DNA of 64,000 nt, taken from contig CAXXTF010000002.1 of the NCBI GenBank assembly GCA_963665775.2, positions 224,001-288,000 on the forward strand, read 5' to 3'. Origin of the DNA: Dehalococcoidia bacterium. Its GTDB lineage: Bacteria > Chloroflexota > Dehalococcoidia > SM23-28-2 > RBG-16-64-32. Positions 59,766 through 64,000 of this stretch are shown one piece after another. The position numbers and the translations under genes were made by a program. Numbering within the stretch: position 1 is the stretch's first letter; each line of letters begins with the position of its first letter. The notes beneath the pieces are model-generated. The model ran no database searches. It was not told where the DNA came from and was given only the letters and a program-made list of their open reading frames with translations.

Positions 59766-59801
59766 GCCGAGCTGTACGAGGGGATGAGCGGAGCCTAATT
59801 C

Positions 59802-60248
59802 GTGCGCAGACTGTTCTCAGTTATCCTACCGCCTGGTGCTGCGCGCCGCCTGCTTCGGAGGCAAGGGTCAGGAAGCGTCGTGGATTTGGCCGCCCTACGG
59901 CAGCTTGTTCTGGGCCGATCGATGCTGGCCGTGGGATTGATCGCCGCTTTAGCCGGGGCCGGGTTGGCCGCGGGGATCATGGTGCATGGCGCGCTCGTGG
60001 ATGGTATCACCTATACAACGGTCTCCTGGGCGCTCATCGCCCCCCTGTGGAGCCTCCAGGCGTTGCTGTGGCTGCTCGTCCGTCGCTGGTTGGTGGCGGC
60101 CGCGGTACCGCTGGGCGGGCTGGCCGTCTTCGCCGGCATGTACTACGGCGACGTCTACGGCCAGTTCCCGGCTGGAGCGCTCTTCCTGCTGGCAACGGCC
60201 GTGGTGTTTCTCCCTAACCAGGCGAAAGGGGAAGAACCTCTCCGGTGA
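59802..60248 (+). CDS. Hypothetical membrane protein
   Basis: Four hydrophobic segments. Confidence 0.55.
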   Translation: MRRLFSVILPPGAARRLLRRQGSGSVVDLAALRQLVLGRSMLAVGLIAALAGAGLAAGIMVHGALVDGITYTTVSWALIAPLWSLQALLWLLVRRWLVAAAVPLGGLAVFAGMYYGDVYGQFPAGALFLLATAVVFLPNQAKGEEPLR

Positions 60249-60322
60249 GGTCGAGGGGGTGCGGGCCGGCAAGTGGAGAAGGTCTCAGCCATACACTCGG
60301 TGTGTGTAAGCGCCGGGGGGCG

Positions 60323-61282
60323 CTACTCTTCCGCCCAGGAAGGTTGCTCCAGCCCGAACAGCTCAGCGGCGTTGCGGTACCACATCAGCTCCTTCTCCTC
60401 GTCGGTGAGCCCCAGTTCGTCGAAAATATCGACGAACCGCTCGACGTGCTCATGTATCTCGTCGGCCTGGCAGTCCGACCCGAACATCAGCTTCTCTAGC
60501 GGAATCTCCCTACCGATGAGCCCTCTCTCCACGGCGTGGCGCTCGATCGTCTCGCCGCCGGACATGTCGAAGTAGACCCAGCGCCGCCAGCGGGCGACCG
60601 AGGCCGACTCGTCGTAGTTGCCGGTGCCACCGAGGTGAGCGCCGATGATCTTCAAGCGTGGGAAGCGGTTGGCGATGGACTCCAGGTGAAAGGGGCGCAT
60701 GTAGGTCGCCGATATCTCCCGCGGACCGACGATACGCGGCGGTGTCGTACCCTCCGGTTGCGGCGGCCGTCCCTGTCGCTCCGCTTCCGCTGCCTCCGCT
60801 CGTGCCCGCTCGGCGTTGGCGTCCATCTCCCGCATTCGCCGAGCCATCTCCGGGTCGCGCCGGGGATGGCGGGCGAGAAGGTCGATGCCGCCGCCGAGGA
60901 TGCCACAGTGAAACAGGATGGGCATCTCCAACTCCTCGGCCGCCCGGTAGGTGGGGAAGAAGTCGCGATCGTCATACTCCTTGCGGGTGCCGATTATCTT
61001 GAGGCCGCGATATCCCATGCGGTTGAGCTCGTGAACGCGCTCGTACGACGTTTCCTGCGGATCGACGACGGCGTGGGGCACGAAGAGGTCTTCGTGCTTG
61101 GCCGCGATCTCGATGCACTGCTCGTGCGTGAGGCCGAAGCGGCCGCCGCAGAGCAGGCTGGCTTTCACCACATGGGTCTCCCGTAGCCGCTCCGCGAGAT
61201 GGTCGACATTGGCCTGTGGCACGGCGTCCGGCTGCTGGAAATTGCGGGGGAAATGAACGTGGATATCCCAGATTCTCAGCAT
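60323..61282 (-). CDS. Amidohydrolase_2 family protein
   Basis: DIHVH, PILFHCG, AHLG and FGSD motifs. Confidence 0.9.
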   Translation of the reverse strand: MLRIWDIHVHFPRNFQQPDAVPQANVDHLAERLRETHVVKASLLCGGRFGLTHEQCIEIAAKHEDLFVPHAVVDPQETSYERVHELNRMGYRGLKIIGTRKEYDDRDFFPTYRAAEELEMPILFHCGILGGGIDLLARHPRRDPEMARRMREMDANAERARAEAAEAERQGRPPQPEGTTPPRIVGPREISATYMRPFHLESIANRFPRLKIIGAHLGGTGNYDESASVARWRRWVYFDMSGGETIERHAVERGLIGREIPLEKLMFGSDCQADEIHEHVERFVDIFDELGLTDEEKELMWYRNAAELFGLEQPSWAEE

Positions 61283-61390
61283 AGATCTCCTTGTATGAGC
61301 TTGGGGATGGCAACGCCCTATCCCCGACCTTGAGGGTTCGCGCCGCGGAGCTATTTGGGCCGGCGCTCAGGCGTCACTCGGCGGTCTCCC

Positions 61391-62371
61391 TCACTGCGCG
61401 GCCAGAATTCTCTTCCCTTGCTCCTTCACTAGCGGCGCGACCTTCTGGGCGACTAGCTCCAAAGTCCGCATGTCGGCCGGCGCTTGCACGCTGACAATGA
61501 AGTCGCTTACACCGAGCTTTACATAAGGCAACAACCGCTCCGCGCACTGCTCAGGCGTGCCGACCAGGGCGCGCTGACGAAACGCTTGCACGTCGGTGTT
61601 TTGCCTGGCGGCGAGACGCTGCGCCTCCTCCTTCACCTCGCCCTCCGTCTCTCGTACCAGCGCCTGGATGACCAGCGACTTCCGAATGTCAGCGGGGTCT
61701 CGCCCAACGTCTCGGCAGTGTCCCGCCAGGATATCTAGCTTCCTCTGGTAGGCGTCCGTGGGCAGGAAGAAGGTGTTCCAGCCATCGGCGGATTCAGCCA
61801 CGACCCGCAGTGTCAGCCGCTCGCCGGCGCCGCCGATCCATAGGGGAATGCGAGGCTGCTGAACAGGCTTCGGCTCGCAATGGGCATCCGTGATCGTGTA
61901 GTAGCGGCCCTGGAAGGTGGTTCGTTGATCTGTCCAGAGGCCCCTCAGGATCTTCGCTGCCTCCCCCAGCATGCGAATGCGGCGCCCGGCCGATGGGAAG
62001 GGGATGCCGTACTGATTGTGCTCCATCTCGTACCAGGCGGCGCCGACGCCCAACTCTAGGCGTCCGCCGGAAACGTGGTCGATCGTGGCCGCAACCTTGG
62101 CGAGGACGGCTGGGTTGCGGTACGTGCAGCCGACGACCAGGATGCCGCAGCGGATGCGTGTCGTGTGGGCCGCCATCGCTGAGAGAAGGGTGAGCCCCTC
62201 GAAGCAGGGGCCTTCGGGATCGGACCGCATGGGCAGGAAATGATCGAACACGGAGGCCCAGTCATAGCCCAGCTCCTCCGCCTGTCGCCATAGGCTCAGG
62301 TACTCGGCGAAGGTCGTGTTCTGCGGGCCGGAGTGGATGCCGAAGCGGATCTGCCCATCGAATATCTGCAC
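61391..62371 (-). CDS. LLM-class (F420-dependent) oxidoreductase
   Basis: FDHF, YRNPA.LAK, SGGRLELG; GTG start inferred. Confidence 0.92.
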   Translation of the reverse strand: MQIFDGQIRFGIHSGPQNTTFAEYLSLWRQAEELGYDWASVFDHFLPMRSDPEGPCFEGLTLLSAMAAHTTRIRCGILVVGCTYRNPAVLAKVAATIDHVSGGRLELGVGAAWYEMEHNQYGIPFPSAGRRIRMLGEAAKILRGLWTDQRTTFQGRYYTITDAHCEPKPVQQPRIPLWIGGAGERLTLRVVAESADGWNTFFLPTDAYQRKLDILAGHCRDVGRDPADIRKSLVIQALVRETEGEVKEEAQRLAARQNTDVQAFRQRALVGTPEQCAERLLPYVKLGVSDFIVSVQAPADMRTLELVAQKVAPLVKEQGKRILAAQ

Positions 62372-62493
62372 GCTAAAGTGATACACGTCCGGATGGCATC
62401 CCGTCAAGTGGAGCGGGGTGCCAGGACCCCATCCGTATCCTTCGAGGCGGGCCGCCGATCCGCCCCTTAGTTTTGGGCGCTCCGGGTAGTCTG

Positions 62494-63696
62494 CTAGGCC
62501 GTTACCCGGCGCCCTGACCAGGGGCGGCGTCCTCCCCGACGCCCCTGGGCTCTCATCGTCGTGGCAGCCGGCGCCGCGATCGGCTCTCCGGTCGGGCTCA
62601 CCCGGGGTAGCCGCCGGCCCAGCTGTCGCTCTATCGCTTGCCACTTCGTCAGGTCGATGGCGCTCACCAGCGTAAAGGCTCGTCCGGACCGTCCCATCCG
62701 GCCGGTACGTCCTGCCCGGTGGGCAAACAGTTCGGCCGTGTCCGGCAACTCGTAGTTGATGACTCGTTCTATGTGGAGGATGTCCAGCCCCCGGGCTGCC
62801 ACGTTGGTCGCCACCAGTATCGAGGATCGGCCCGAACGGAAGCGCTCCAGCGCCTGCTCCCGCGCGGCCTGGCTTAGGTTGCCCTCCAGAACGGACACCA
62901 CGTAGCCCAGCCGTTGAAGTCGGTCGCCGAGCTTGCGAACGCCTCGCTTGGTCCGACCGAACACCAGAGTCGTCCCCTCCGCCGACTGGTTCAGCAGCTT
63001 CACGAGCACACTGAATTTGTCCTCTGAGTAGGCCTCGACCACGACGTGGTCGATGTCAGGCTCTGAGCCGTCCGTCTCCTCCGAGACCAGCACCTCCGGT
63101 TCCATCAGGTACCGCGCGCTGAGGCGCTCCACCCACTCCGGAATCGTCGCCGAGAACATCGACGTCTGTCGGCTCCTGGGGGTTAGTGAGAGGATGCGCT
63201 CCACGTCTGGAGCGAACCCCTTGTCCAACATCTCGTCCGCCTCATCGAGCACCAGAGTCCGTACACGTTCCAGCCGCAGCGTTCGGTGGCTCAGGTGGTC
63301 CAGGATGCGGCCTGGTGTGCCTACCACTACCTGAGCGCCGGCGGCCAGGGCTGACTCCTGTGGCCCGTACCCCACGCCGCCGTAGATCAGTGCCACCTTG
63401 ATCCTAGCCCCTCTGCCCAGGGCGCCCACCACCGCAGCCACCTGACGGGCCAGCTCTCGCGTCGGTGTCAGCACCAGGGCTTGCACCTGTCTAAGCTGAG
63501 GATCACAATGCTCGATGAGCGGGAGCGCGTAGGCCAGGGTCTTGCCCGAGCCCGTCTGCGCTTGGCCGATTAGATCACGGCCCTGTAGCAGCAGCGGGAT
63601 CGAGCGCTCCTGGATTGCCGTTGGCGTGTGAATGTCCATTTCGGCCAGCGCACGGCGGCTCGTATCACAAAGTTCAAAGTCATGGAAGGAGGACAA
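62494..63696 (-). CDS. DEAD-box RNA helicase
   Basis: Q motif, GSGKT, PTRELA, DEAD, SAT, ARGLD, HRAGRTGR. Confidence 0.95.
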   Translation of the reverse strand: MSSFHDFELCDTSRRALAEMDIHTPTAIQERSIPLLLQGRDLIGQAQTGSGKTLAYALPLIEHCDPQLRQVQALVLTPTRELARQVAAVVGALGRGARIKVALIYGGVGYGPQESALAAGAQVVVGTPGRILDHLSHRTLRLERVRTLVLDEADEMLDKGFAPDVERILSLTPRSRQTSMFSATIPEWVERLSARYLMEPEVLVSEETDGSEPDIDHVVVEAYSEDKFSVLVKLLNQSAEGTTLVFGRTKRGVRKLGDRLQRLGYVVSVLEGNLSQAAREQALERFRSGRSSILVATNVAARGLDILHIERVINYELPDTAELFAHRAGRTGRMGRSGRAFTLVSAIDLTKWQAIERQLGRRLPRVSPTGEPIAAPAATTMRAQGRRGGRRPWSGRRVTA

Positions 63697-63781
63697 GAGA
63701 TGCGTTCCTTTCGAGTGGGGGGAGAGGGTGACGTGTTAAAGGGAGAATTGGTTCAACAACCGTGGTAGTAAATGTATTAGG

Positions 63782-63811
63782 ATTATAACTGATCTACCCG
63801 CCCTTTGACAA
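63782..63811 (-). promoter_or_regulatory. Sigma70-type promoter for the helicase
   Basis: TTGTCA-N18-TATAAT. Confidence 0.6.
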
Positions 63812-64000
63812 ATTCAAGCCCTACACACTCCTCGGTAGATGGCCTCGCTGCCGTCATAGCGCTCGGTTGGCATCGGTTCTCTGCCAGTCGATCTGCTTAC
63901 GGCATCGGCCGGGCAGCGCCGCGCTCCCAGCGCCGGCAGTATATCATCCGGCAAATTCGCCACGTCTTCTCGCAGGCCGGCTGTGTCGTGCAACATTGGA

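Overview
GC-rich bacterial window, probably Chloroflexota/Dehalococcoidia-like (inferred from Pro/Thr-linker lipoproteins, F420-type LLM enzymes and paired acyl-CoA dehydrogenases). Positions 1-38878 hold two related integrative elements in tandem inside comM, whose 3' half resumes at 38877. Element A is partial (left end outside the window, right end ~11622); element B is complete (~11622-38878, ~27 kb). Both share a minus-strand core: primase, ParB-MTase, RAMA/DUF2924-like protein, Zn-finger protein and a 300-aa hypothetical. Two features stand out. (1) The cargo genes are separated by at least 11 palindromic 7-6-7 bp sites (consensus RCRCTAT-N6-ATAGYGY) with variable spacers, beginning at the promoter of a tyrosine recombinase; this is a candidate non-integron gene-cassette system. 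(2) The large serine recombinase gene spans its own att site; its last 16 codons sit at the far end of the element, differ only by synonymous changes between the two elements, and are translationally coupled to the replication genes. The rest is host-like: otsAB, tRNA-Arg, tatA, cyclophilin, ACADs, LLMs and a DEAD helicase. It also contains a tRNA-Pro 3' relic and a 4.1-kb cargo transposon (9-bp TSD) carrying a probable restriction-modification pair. All calls were made by eye; no database searches were run.
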